From contig JBBQFH010000023.1 of the NCBI GenBank assembly GCA_038321865.1, positions 1 through 50,768 on the forward strand: a stretch of 50,768 bases of DNA. The letters run 5' to 3'. Below the pieces are notes generated by a model. It did no database searches and was not told where the DNA came from. It saw nothing but the letters and a program-made list of their open reading frames with translations. The stretch is from Gemmatimonadales bacterium. Lineage in GTDB: Bacteria > Gemmatimonadota > Gemmatimonadetes > Gemmatimonadales > GWC2-71-9. Below, piece by piece: positions 1-8,782 of this stretch. Position numbers and translations under genes: made by a program. Within the stretch, counting starts at the first letter, position 1. Every line of letters starts with the position of its first letter.

Positions 1-1509
1 GCGCTCGACGTGGGCGGCGTGGATTTCCTCCCCACCGACATAACCCGGTCGTACCAGGAGGGCGGCGGCGCGATCTGCGAGGTCAAGGCAGCCCCCGGCT
101 TCCGCATGCACATGGCGCCGAGCGAAGGGAAGCCGCGCGACGTGGCGGGGCCGGTAATCGACATGCTGTTCCCGCCCGGCACGCCCAGCCGGATTCCGAT
201 CGCGGCGATCACCGGCACCAACGGCAAGACGACGACCGCGCGCATGCTGGCGCACATCCACAAGCTCGCCGGCCGTCACGTCGGGCTCACGACCACCGAT
301 GGCGTGTACATCGACGGCCAGCGCACCGTCGGCGGCGACATGACCGGCCCCGTGGCGACCCGCATGGTACTGAGTGATCCGTTCGTCGACGTCGCGGTGC
401 TCGAGGTCGCCCGCGGCGGCCTGCTCCGCGCCGGCATGGGCGTCCGCCACGTGGACGTCGGCGCCGTCATGAACGTCAAGTCCGATCACCTCGGCCTCCG
501 CGGCATCAACACCCTGGAGGGGCTGGCGAAGGTCAAGCGCATCGTCGTCGAGGTCGCCCGGGACACGGCCGTACTCAACGCCGATGACCCGCTGTGCCTC
601 CGCATGGCGGACCACACCGACGCCAAGCATGTCTGCTACGTCACCATGAACCCGGCGCACGAGCTGGTGCGCGAGCACATCCAGGCCGGCGGCCGCGGCA
701 TCGTGCTGGAGGCGGGAATGACCGGGCAGATGATGACGCTGTACGATCACGGCGCCCACATCCCGCTGCTTCCGGCCCATCTCGTTCCCGCGACGCTCGA
801 AGGTCGCGCCATGCACAACGTGCAGAACGCGATGTTCGCCGCGGCGATGGCATTCAGCATGGGCCTCAAGCTGGAGAACATCCGTCACGGCCTGCAGACC
901 TTCGACACGACGTTCTTCCAGGCACCGGGCCGCGGCAACGTCTTCGACGACCATCCGTTCAAGGTCATCCTCGATTACGGCCACAACGCCGCGGCGGTGG
1001 AGGCCATGGTGCATTTCGTCGAGCGACTCGATCCGGGCGGCAAGCGGATCGTGGTGCTCGCCGCGCCGGGCGACCGGCGGGACGAGGACGTGCGCGACAT
1101 CGCCCGCATCGTGGCCGGCTGCTTCGACCGGTACATCTGCCGGCGGGACGACGGCCTGCGCGGACGCGGCCCCGACGAGATTCCGCTGCTGCTGCAGGAA
1201 ACGCTGCTCGCCGAAGGCGTCGCGCCGGACGCAGTCGACGTGATTCCCGACGAAGTCGAGGCGACCGACGCCGCGCTCCGCTCGGCGCGCGCCGGGGACC
1301 TCCTGCTCGTGTTCGGCGACAACGTGAGCCGCTCCTGGGAGCAGATCGTCAGCTTTCGGCCGGAAGATGCCGAACGGCGCGCGGCGCGGCGGCCGCGGAA
1401 TCGTCCGGCGCCGGGTCCGCTGCCGCCGCAGGAACGGCCGCCCGATTACGTCCGTGACGTGCGCGGGGTGCGCTACGCCCGCGACGTCGACGTCGAGGCG
1501 GAGGATTGA
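1..1509 (+). CDS. cphA: Cyanophycin synthetase CphA1, C-terminal part (end of ATP-grasp G domain plus Mur-ligase-like M domain); 5' end lies outside the window
   Basis: Frame is open from base 1. Motifs GVDFL..DI, EVxAAPGFRMH, P-loop ITGTNGKTT, LEVARGGLLRAG, DHLGLRGI, DYGHN and GDRRDED are typical of CphA. Confidence 0.93.
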   Translation, partial: ALDVGGVDFLPTDITRSYQEGGGAICEVKAAPGFRMHMAPSEGKPRDVAGPVIDMLFPPGTPSRIPIAAITGTNGKTTTARMLAHIHKLAGRHVGLTTTDGVYIDGQRTVGGDMTGPVATRMVLSDPFVDVAVLEVARGGLLRAGMGVRHVDVGAVMNVKSDHLGLRGINTLEGLAKVKRIVVEVARDTAVLNADDPLCLRMADHTDAKHVCYVTMNPAHELVREHIQAGGRGIVLEAGMTGQMMTLYDHGAHIPLLPAHLVPATLEGRAMHNVQNAMFAAAMAFSMGLKLENIRHGLQTFDTTFFQAPGRGNVFDDHPFKVILDYGHNAAAVEAMVHFVERLDPGGKRIVVLAAPGDRRDEDVRDIARIVAGCFDRYICRRDDGLRGRGPDEIPLLLQETLLAEGVAPDAVDVIPDEVEATDAALRSARAGDLLLVFGDNVSRSWEQIVSFRPEDAERRAARRPRNRPAPGPLPPQERPPDYVRDVRGVRYARDVDVEAED

Positions 1510-3242
1510 GCCGCATCGTCGACTCCCGGCGATTGAACGGTCCTCACCTGCTGGGGGACCGCCCGGGCGCCGCGCTTGACGTGGCCGTGGACGGCGATGT
1601 GGGCCAGACCGTGGCCGCGTGGCGTCAGGCGGCTCGCCGCATGCTCGAACTGGTGGGGTGGGACGGCGAGGAGATCGCCACCAGGTCATTCGAAGGCGGC
1701 GCCAGCCTCGTGATCACCGCGCCCATCGATGGGCTCTATGCCGCGACCGAAGTGAACGAGGCGGCCTGGAACGCCGCCGCCGCCGCGCTGGAGGGAAAGC
1801 CGCCTTCCGACGAGGGCGCGACCGCCGACCGGCTCCGCGCGGCGATCGTCCGGGAGCACGATGTCCGGCTCCGGGCACTCCGGGACGCGGCGCGGGCCCG
1901 CGGCGTGCTCTTCCTGGTGGATGACGAGCTCGTGTCGGTCGGGTCGGGCCCGGGGGTGCGCGTCTGGCCGCGGGGTCAGCTGCCGGATGTGCGCGAGGTC
2001 GACTGGGAGCGGGTGGGAGACGTACCGATCGTCCTGATCACGGGTTCCAATGGGAAGACGACCTGCACTCGCCTCGTCGCCGCGATCGCGGAGGCGGCGG
2101 GCCTGACGCCGGGGGTGACCTCAACCGACGGGGTCCGCGTAGGCGCCGACACGCTGGCGGACGGCGATTACGCCGGGCCCATGGGCGCCCGCCTCGCGCT
2201 GCGGGATCCGCGGACCGGGATCGCCGTGCTGGAAACGGCTCGCGGCGGCATTCTCCGTCGCGGACTCGCGCCGGGCCACGCGGATGTCACGATCATCACC
2301 AATATCGCGGCCGATCATCTCGACGACTTCGGGGTCCACGATCTCGCGACGCTCGCCGCGCTCAAGCTCGTCGCGGCGCGCGTGGTGCGGCCCGGCGGCC
2401 GCGTAGTGCTCAACGCCGATGACCCCGGCCTCGGGACCTTCGCCCTCGGCGTCGCGCCGGCGACCTGGTTCGCGCTGGACCGCGCCACGCCGCTGCTGGC
2501 CACCGAGCTGGCCGCCGGCGGCGACGGATCCTTCGTCGAGGATAGCGTGATCATGCTGGCGACAGGCGGGCAGACCGTAGCGGTGATGCCGCTCGAAGCG
2601 GTGCCGATCACCCTCCGAGGCGCCGCGACGTACAACGTGTCGAATGTGCTCGCGGCCGTCACCGCCGCGGCTGCCCTGGCACACCTCCCGGCCTGCCGGG
2701 GGATGACGATCTCCGCAATGGCCGAGGCGCTCGGCACCTTCGGCGGCGTGCGCACCAATCCCGGGCGAGGCAATCTGTACGATGTGGGCGGAGTCGGCGT
2801 GCTGGTGGACTACGGCCACAATCCGCACGGTCTCCGCGCGCTGACCACGCTGGTCGACGGCATCGCGGCCGGCCGTCGGCTCGTCGTGGTCGGGCAGGCC
2901 GGCGACCGGGGCGATGACTCGCTGTGCGACCTGGCGCGCGCCGCATGGGAGCTCCGGCCCGAGCGCGTCGTGCTGAAGGAGCTGCCGACGCTGTACCGCG
3001 GCCGGACGCCGGGCAGCACGTGCGCGGTGCTCGCCGCCGAGTTCCTCCGGTTAGGACTTCCGGCGGCCGAGCTGGTGCAGGTGGATACGGAAACGGAGGC
3101 GCTGTCAGTCGCGCTCGAATGGGCCCGGCCGGGAGACCTCATCGTGATGCTCACGCACGAGGATCGCGCTGCCGTGCTGGGTACGCTCGATCAGCTCGGA
3201 CGCGAAGGCTGGCGCCCGGGGGCGCCAGTACCCGCGAGTTGA
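1506..3242 (+). CDS. CphA-related Mur ligase family protein (N-domain remnant plus M domain, no ATP-grasp domain)
   Basis: TTG start overlaps the cphA stop (TTGA). N-terminal DSRRLNGPHL resembles the CphA N-terminus. ITGSNGKTT, LETARGGILRRG, NIAADHL, PGRGN, DYGHNPHG and GQAGDR motifs are present. Confidence 0.85.
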   Translation: MSRIVDSRRLNGPHLLGDRPGAALDVAVDGDVGQTVAAWRQAARRMLELVGWDGEEIATRSFEGGASLVITAPIDGLYAATEVNEAAWNAAAAALEGKPPSDEGATADRLRAAIVREHDVRLRALRDAARARGVLFLVDDELVSVGSGPGVRVWPRGQLPDVREVDWERVGDVPIVLITGSNGKTTCTRLVAAIAEAAGLTPGVTSTDGVRVGADTLADGDYAGPMGARLALRDPRTGIAVLETARGGILRRGLAPGHADVTIITNIAADHLDDFGVHDLATLAALKLVAARVVRPGGRVVLNADDPGLGTFALGVAPATWFALDRATPLLATELAAGGDGSFVEDSVIMLATGGQTVAVMPLEAVPITLRGAATYNVSNVLAAVTAAAALAHLPACRGMTISAMAEALGTFGGVRTNPGRGNLYDVGGVGVLVDYGHNPHGLRALTTLVDGIAAGRRLVVVGQAGDRGDDSLCDLARAAWELRPERVVLKELPTLYRGRTPGSTCAVLAAEFLRLGLPAAELVQVDTETEALSVALEWARPGDLIVMLTHEDRAAVLGTLDQLGREGWRPGAPVPAS

Positions 3243-3273
3243 GGTTCGGACACCGCCAACGGAAGGAGGCGAT

Positions 3274-3555
3274 ATGCGACGTATTTCACGCGCGTCGGCC
3301 CTGACCCTGGTCATCGCGCTCTCGGCGTGCAGCGGAAAGGAGGCGCCGGCAGCCAACGCCACGGGCGCCGGGACCGTTTCACCGTCGACCGGCACCATGG
3401 GCACCGGAACCGGCACCACCGGCGCCGCGACGACGGGCACCGGGACCACCGGCAGCAGCGCGAGCGGCACCGGCACGACCAGTCCCACCGGAGCCGCCGG
3501 CACCATGGGAGACACGACGGCGCGCACCAAGCCCGACACCGTCCACGCGCGTTAG
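3274..3555 (+). CDS. Small Thr/Gly-rich lipoprotein, unknown function
   Basis: Strong SD (AAGGAGG) before ATG. Signal peptide with lipobox LSA-C, then a low-complexity TGT/TG tract. Confidence 0.75.
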   Translation: MRRISRASALTLVIALSACSGKEAPAANATGAGTVSPSTGTMGTGTGTTGAATTGTGTTGSSASGTGTTSPTGAAGTMGDTTARTKPDTVHAR

Positions 3556-4451
3556 ACCGCTTCGAACACCAGCCGGAAGTGGTCCATCAGCTCGCGCTCG
3601 AAGCAGATCGAGTTCGGGCTGATGCCCGACGTGAACGCGCGGCGAAATTCCCGGCTGGTCGCCCAGCGGGGAAGCAGGGAAAGCTTCACGCCCAACTTTC
3701 GCAGTCCGAATTGCCCGAAGCGCCGACGCCACTGGCGAATCGTTTCGATGTAGTCGAGCCGCCCGCTGCTCGCCGACACCAGGCGGAAATTCGGCGCGGC
3801 TGCCGTGACGATCTGGTCCTTGCCCGACGGCAGCCACGAGCCGGGAAACTGCGACGTCATCAGCGAGAGTACGTGGGCGTCGGAGAGATGAGGCGCATCG
3901 GCCGAAATGTCCGAGACCGGGATCATGTTGCGGCCGAACACCATGGTCTGCAGAAACAGCCGGCCACCTGCCGGCAGCGTCCCCCGCAGCGACTGGAAGA
4001 GCGCGGCGTAGAGCTGCTCCTGTCGGCCGGCGCGGTACTGCTCCGGCGAACAGAAGTGCTCGAACGCCCCCACGCTGACGATTCCGTCGAACGGGCCGAA
4101 GGTGTCCCGTCCCAGCTGCAGGCAGTCGTGCACCCGCACGTCCAGGCCGTTCCTCACACATGCGGCCGCCTGCGCGGTCGAGAGCGTGACGCCCAGCCCG
4201 ATCGCACCGCGCTCCCGGGCGAAATTGAGGAACGGACCCCACCCGCATCCCAGATCGAGCACCCGGAATCCGGGTTTCAATCCGATGCTGTCCGCCATGA
4301 ATTCGTGCTTCCGCCGCTGCGCCTGTTCCAGCGACATCGAGAAGTCGCCGTCGTACTTGGCGCCGCTGAAATCACCATGCTCGCCCAGGCTCAGGCGGAA
4401 CAGCCGGTCGATCTGGCTGTAGGTGAACTCGAGGTCCGCGGCGGTAGCCAT
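3552..4451 (-). CDS. SAM-dependent methyltransferase, cyclopropane-fatty-acyl-phospholipid synthase/CMAS family
   Basis: SLEQAQRRK, VLDLGCGWG (SAM motif), GVTLS..Q, SVGAFEH, FPG..LPS. Confidence 0.85.
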   Translation of the reverse strand: MATAADLEFTYSQIDRLFRLSLGEHGDFSGAKYDGDFSMSLEQAQRRKHEFMADSIGLKPGFRVLDLGCGWGPFLNFARERGAIGLGVTLSTAQAAACVRNGLDVRVHDCLQLGRDTFGPFDGIVSVGAFEHFCSPEQYRAGRQEQLYAALFQSLRGTLPAGGRLFLQTMVFGRNMIPVSDISADAPHLSDAHVLSLMTSQFPGSWLPSGKDQIVTAAAPNFRLVSASSGRLDYIETIRQWRRRFGQFGLRKLGVKLSLLPRWATSREFRRAFTSGISPNSICFERELMDHFRLVFEAV

Positions 4452-4457
4452 GGGGCC

Positions 4458-5600
4458 CTATCGGTGGCCGGCGGTCGCGAGACTGGCGCCGAAGCTGGCC
4501 TTCAGCTCGGACGCGCCCTGCTCTTCCGCCTCCTTCGCCTTGTCCACCACCGCGCCCATGCCGAAGAATTCATGGGTCACGCCCTCGTAGACCGTCCGGG
4601 TGACATGCACGCCGGCCTTGCGGAGCGCGGCCTCGAGCATGGCGCCATCGTCCCGCAACGGGTCGATCTGGGCATTGATGATGGTCACCGGGGGGAGCCC
4701 GGCGAGGTTGGCGTGGACCAAATCGATCCGTGGATCCCTGAGGTCGGCAGGCGTCGCGGTGGCGTTCGTCGCGAACCAGCTCATCATCGCCCGGTTGAGG
4801 GGCTTCGCCTCTGCGTTCTCGACGTAGGACGGCGTCGTGGTGTCCGGCTGCGCGATCGGGTACACCGCGAGCACGTGCACTGGAAGCTTCACACCCTTGT
4901 CGCGGGCGCTGAGGGCGGTCGCCAGCGCGAGGTTGCCGCCGGCGCTCTCACCGGCCACCGCGACCCTCGCGGAATCCCCGTGAATCGACCCGGCATTCTT
5001 CAGTACCCACTGATAGGTGGCGAGCGCGTCGTCGTGAGCCGCAGGAAATTTGTGCTCGGGGGCGCGGCGGTAATCCACCGACACGACCACCGCCTCGGCC
5101 CCCATCGCGAGCGACCTGGCACCGCCGTCATACACCTGCTTGTCGGCGATTACCCAGCCGCCGCCGTGATAATAGACCACGACCGGAAAGGGGCCTGCGC
5201 CCGCAGGCGTATAGATGCGCACCGGCAACGGTCCGCCGGGCCCGGGGATGGTCCGATCGTGCGATGTCACCCCCGGAACGAGGGCTTCGGGCGCGGTGGA
5301 CTTGCCCTGCGCCTTGAGCAGCGCCATGACGGCATCAGTCGGGGTCGGCTGCTTTCTCGCTTCAGCCGCCGTCAACGTTTCGATGGGCTTGCCGCCCATG
5401 CTCGCAAGCTGATCGAGCACCGCCTGCATTTGGGCGTCTGCCTTGGCTGGTGCGGCGGGGGGGGCGGAGACGGAATCCATCGTGGCCTGACCTGTTTCTG
5501 CTTTGGGGGGCGAAGGTGGCAAGCAGGCCAGGCCGAAGCTCGCCGCGAGCGCGGCGAGCACTTCGGGCCGACCAACTGTACGATTGAGGCGATACCGCAT
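4458..5600 (-). CDS. Alpha/beta hydrolase, hormone-sensitive-lipase-like (family IV) esterase, probable lipoprotein
   Basis: HGGGW oxyanion motif, GESAGG nucleophile elbow, DPLRDDG and HEFF. Start taken at ATG 5600 (MRYRL), followed by a lipobox-like FGLA-C. Confidence 0.88.
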   Translation of the reverse strand: MRYRLNRTVGRPEVLAALAASFGLACLPPSPPKAETGQATMDSVSAPPAAPAKADAQMQAVLDQLASMGGKPIETLTAAEARKQPTPTDAVMALLKAQGKSTAPEALVPGVTSHDRTIPGPGGPLPVRIYTPAGAGPFPVVVYYHGGGWVIADKQVYDGGARSLAMGAEAVVVSVDYRRAPEHKFPAAHDDALATYQWVLKNAGSIHGDSARVAVAGESAGGNLALATALSARDKGVKLPVHVLAVYPIAQPDTTTPSYVENAEAKPLNRAMMSWFATNATATPADLRDPRIDLVHANLAGLPPVTIINAQIDPLRDDGAMLEAALRKAGVHVTRTVYEGVTHEFFGMGAVVDKAKEAEEQGASELKASFGASLATAGHR

Positions 5601-5678
5601 GATCAACGTCCTTTGGAGGGAGAACCGTGCAGATTTCACTACGATGCGTTGACCGGTCACACGCGACCATGATGTGCA

Positions 5679-6980
5679 TCACACATCGGCGATACTGGCC
5701 AACCGCCCGGCAAGCCCGCGCTGGCGCTCACGAAGCCCGGCAAGCAGCTCCGGATGCCGCCGCAACAGGAAGAAGCGTCGTGCGTCGATCCAGGCGTCAC
5801 GCCACCGCTCCCGCACCCACAGCCCCGCGGCACCGAGCAACGGGAGCCCGGTGAACACGGCCAGCCCGGCCACCGGCGACCTCAGCCACCCGGTCAGGCA
5901 CGTGGCCGCCAGCAGCCAGCCGATGTACAGCAGCGCCCCAATGCCGAATTTGTAGGTTGCGCGCACATCGCGCGACGCCCGGGTCCGCTCTGCAATGATG
6001 CCGGTGAGCCGGTAGGGCGGCCACCAGGCGGCGCCCCCTGCCCAGGCGAGTGCGATCACCGGCAGCGCCGCGAGGGGAAGCCGCCGCAGCGTCCACCCGA
6101 TCGCCGTCGCCGCATCGGTGGGCTCGTGAAGGTCCGCGGGCGCCAGCCCGAGATGACGGAGCGCACCGAGGTGATCCTGGACCTCGTCGACGATGGGAAC
6201 CGGGTTGCCATCGGACGAAGCGCGCAGGCGCGCGAGGATCCTGGCCGCGCCGCCCAGCCGCCGGATGCGCTCCGCCGGTACGCCGACGTCACCGTATTCC
6301 GCCGCATACACTGCCTCGGCGCACTCGATGACAGGCGCATCCTCCCACTGCTCCAGATTGACGGTCACCTCCCGAAGCGCGGCCTCAATCCTGGCCGTGA
6401 GCTCGCGCGTCACCTCGGCATCCCCCGCTGTGCCTGCCCGCAAGTCATTCCATTCGACCTCGCGGCCAACGATGATGAGCGCCTCCGACCGGTAGGTCGC
6501 CTTGTCCCGCAGGGTGAGCCCGATGGGGACGATCGCTGTTCCAGCGCGGGCCCGCTGGCCCAGTGCGATGCGCGCGGCCCCGGTGCGAAGCTCCGCCAGC
6601 GACGGGCGGTCGTGGCTGACCCCTTCCGGAAACACGGCGATGGCCGATCCTGCCGCGAGCGCCGCATCCGCCGCGTCGAACATCTGTTCGTTGCGCGCCA
6701 TGGCGCGCGGATCGTCCTGCTGGCGATAGACCGGAATCGAGCCGACGGCGCGGAGCAGCCAGCCGATGCGCCGATCATCGAACAGCGGTGCCTTGGCGAG
6801 AAAGCGCACGGGCCGCCCGGCCGCGGCGGCCACGAGCAGGGGGTCGAGCAGTCCGTTGGGGTGATTGGCCACGAGCAGGAGGGGACCCGTGGCCGGGACC
6901 GGCTCACCCGAGACGGTCACACGGTAGTACGCCCGCGCCGCCGCGCCCGCCAGGCGCGGCAGCAGGGGCAGGAGGATCAC
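5679..6980 (-). CDS. Lysophospholipid/glycerol-phosphate acyltransferase (PlsC family) with C-terminal membrane segments
   Basis: NHPNGLLD (HX4D), FLAK, FPEGVS and RTGAARIAL motifs. GTG at 6980 overlaps the upstream stop (GTGA). Confidence 0.85.
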   Translation of the reverse strand: MILLPLLPRLAGAAARAYYRVTVSGEPVPATGPLLLVANHPNGLLDPLLVAAAAGRPVRFLAKAPLFDDRRIGWLLRAVGSIPVYRQQDDPRAMARNEQMFDAADAALAAGSAIAVFPEGVSHDRPSLAELRTGAARIALGQRARAGTAIVPIGLTLRDKATYRSEALIIVGREVEWNDLRAGTAGDAEVTRELTARIEAALREVTVNLEQWEDAPVIECAEAVYAAEYGDVGVPAERIRRLGGAARILARLRASSDGNPVPIVDEVQDHLGALRHLGLAPADLHEPTDAATAIGWTLRRLPLAALPVIALAWAGGAAWWPPYRLTGIIAERTRASRDVRATYKFGIGALLYIGWLLAATCLTGWLRSPVAGLAVFTGLPLLGAAGLWVRERWRDAWIDARRFFLLRRHPELLAGLRERQRGLAGRLASIADV

Positions 6981-8629
6981 GACTTCATCAGCTTCCGGAG
7001 CGCGGCCCGCGCGGAATCGAGCGCGGCGTCGGCCACGGGCGGGCCCAGTCTCGCGATGGCACGGGCGTCGGCCCCGTAGGGGTCGTCGCGGAACTGGATC
7101 TGCCCATCCCGCGCGAACGCCGTCAGGTACACGATGTAGACCGGCAGCTTCCGCCTGACCGCGACCTGCCGGGAGCTGTCCGCCTCCATCGCCTCCCGGA
7201 TCTTCTCCGGCGGCCACGCGGGATCCCCTTCGAACACATAGTCGGCGAGCCGATCCGGGTGCTCCAGGCGAACGCAGCCGTGGCTCAGTGCCCTGGCGTT
7301 GCGCCCGAAGAGCGAGTGAGCCGGCGTATCGTGCATGTAGATGTCGAACTGGTTCGGGAACATGAATTTCACGCGGCCGAGCGAATTGTCGTCACCCGGC
7401 TTCTGCCGGACGCGGAAGTCCACCTTGCTGGTGTCGAGATCGCCCCAGTCGATCGAGCCGGGATCGACGACCTCGTCGCCCTTCCCGCGGACCACCTCGT
7501 AGTGATGCTCGTCGAGGTAGTGCTTGTCGGTCCGCATCTTCGGCACCACTTCTTCATTGACGATGTCGCGCGGCACGTTCCAGTACGGACGAAACACGAC
7601 GGAATTCATCGTGTCGGCGAACACCGGCGTCGCGTGGCCGTACTCGGAGCCCACCACGACCCGCATGGTGAGCACTTCCTTGCCCGCGTCGAATGCGTGC
7701 AGGGTGTAATCCGGGATATTGACCAGCACGTAGCGCTGCCCGAAGTCGTTGGGAAGCCAGCGGAGCCGCTCGAGATTGAGCTCGAGCTGGCGAATACGAA
7801 CCGCAATGGGGACGTTGAGCGCAGCCAGCGTTGCGGCATCGACCGTACCCGTGCTGTCGAGTCCGTGCCTCGCCTGGAAGCGCCGGACGCCGCCCGCGAC
7901 CGATCCGTCGTAGGCGTCGCCCGTACCGGACAGGTCTCCGGTGGCGGCGAGCCGTGCCCGCAGCGCGGCGACGCGTGCTCCCTGCGCACCGGGCTTGAGG
8001 GCCGGGCCGGCCGGCACCGTGGCCCATCCGCCCTTCGCGCCAAGCTGGCGGTACTGGTCGAGCGCGTGGACCAGGTCGCCGTACTCCTTCAGCTGCGGCG
8101 TCAGTGGTGCCACCATCGCGCTGAAGCCGCGCTGCCCGATGGCCGCACGAAGGGTGCTGTCCACGGCCGACCGGCGGTTCCTGATGTACCAGCCGCTGTC
8201 CACGGCGGCCGGATCGAGCCGGCCGGTGAGCAGGTCGTTGCCGTAATCGAGGAACAGCGAGGTCAGGCGAAGATCGAGATTCGCCAGTTCCTGCTCGGTC
8301 GTCTTTCCCTTGTGGTAGGCACTGTCGAGCGCGTTCCGGAGGCCGGGCAGGTCGTAGTCGCGCATGCGCAGCCCCTGCGCGTCCGCCTGCGTGAGGGCGT
8401 CGACCAGATCGCGGGCTTCCTGCCTTGGCCGGTCGCGGCTGAGCCAGATCGGCGCGTACTGGCGGTCGAGGTAGATCGCCTGCATCGCCTTCCATCGCGG
8501 GCCGGCGTAGCGGGGAACCGCCTTGGCGCTCACAGTCTGTTCCAGCGCGGCAGTCATTTTATCGGAATTGAACTTGTGACACCCGGTCAGGATGCTCGCA
8601 AGCACAACGAGGGACATAAGGCGACGCAT
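6977..8629 (-). CDS. L,D-transpeptidase of YcbB/LdtD type with scaffold and peptidoglycan-binding domains; lipoprotein
   Basis: Lipobox LTG-C after MRRLMSL. RRFQARHGL (PG-binding domain), NLERLRW, VNIP, PYWNVP, LGRVKFMFPN, YMHDTP and SHGCVRL (catalytic His/Cys). Confidence 0.92.
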   Translation of the reverse strand: MRRLMSLVVLASILTGCHKFNSDKMTAALEQTVSAKAVPRYAGPRWKAMQAIYLDRQYAPIWLSRDRPRQEARDLVDALTQADAQGLRMRDYDLPGLRNALDSAYHKGKTTEQELANLDLRLTSLFLDYGNDLLTGRLDPAAVDSGWYIRNRRSAVDSTLRAAIGQRGFSAMVAPLTPQLKEYGDLVHALDQYRQLGAKGGWATVPAGPALKPGAQGARVAALRARLAATGDLSGTGDAYDGSVAGGVRRFQARHGLDSTGTVDAATLAALNVPIAVRIRQLELNLERLRWLPNDFGQRYVLVNIPDYTLHAFDAGKEVLTMRVVVGSEYGHATPVFADTMNSVVFRPYWNVPRDIVNEEVVPKMRTDKHYLDEHHYEVVRGKGDEVVDPGSIDWGDLDTSKVDFRVRQKPGDDNSLGRVKFMFPNQFDIYMHDTPAHSLFGRNARALSHGCVRLEHPDRLADYVFEGDPAWPPEKIREAMEADSSRQVAVRRKLPVYIVYLTAFARDGQIQFRDDPYGADARAIARLGPPVADAALDSARAALRKLMKS

Positions 8630-8782
8630 GGATTCGCACCGGTTCGGGAAATGTCTCGCGGGAGCAGGCCTCGCATCGCAAAGATGTCCCGATCGGTTGC
8701 CGGCCGCCGTAAGCATGGTCACACCGGCCGGGCGGGCTATCTTCCGCCGGATGCCCCTGCCAACGCCTCTTCCCGCTCCGCG

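Noticed and set aside
3360..3520. ACCGGC/GGCACC-rich repeats (similar tract at 46040-46130) as a DNA repeat array or CRISPR
   Set aside because: They are codon repeats of Thr/Gly linkers, with no constant repeat-spacer structure and no cas genes.
3327..5672. 781-aa plus-strand ORF and similar long Arg/Pro/Ala-rich overlapping ORFs (e.g. 24043-26139, 39707-41506, 15265-16848)
   Set aside because: Shadow frames over well-supported genes.
6788..8782. N-terminal ~660 aa of the 1192-aa ORF
   Set aside because: Antisense shadow of the L,D-transpeptidase gene. Only the C-terminal membrane part looks like a real protein.
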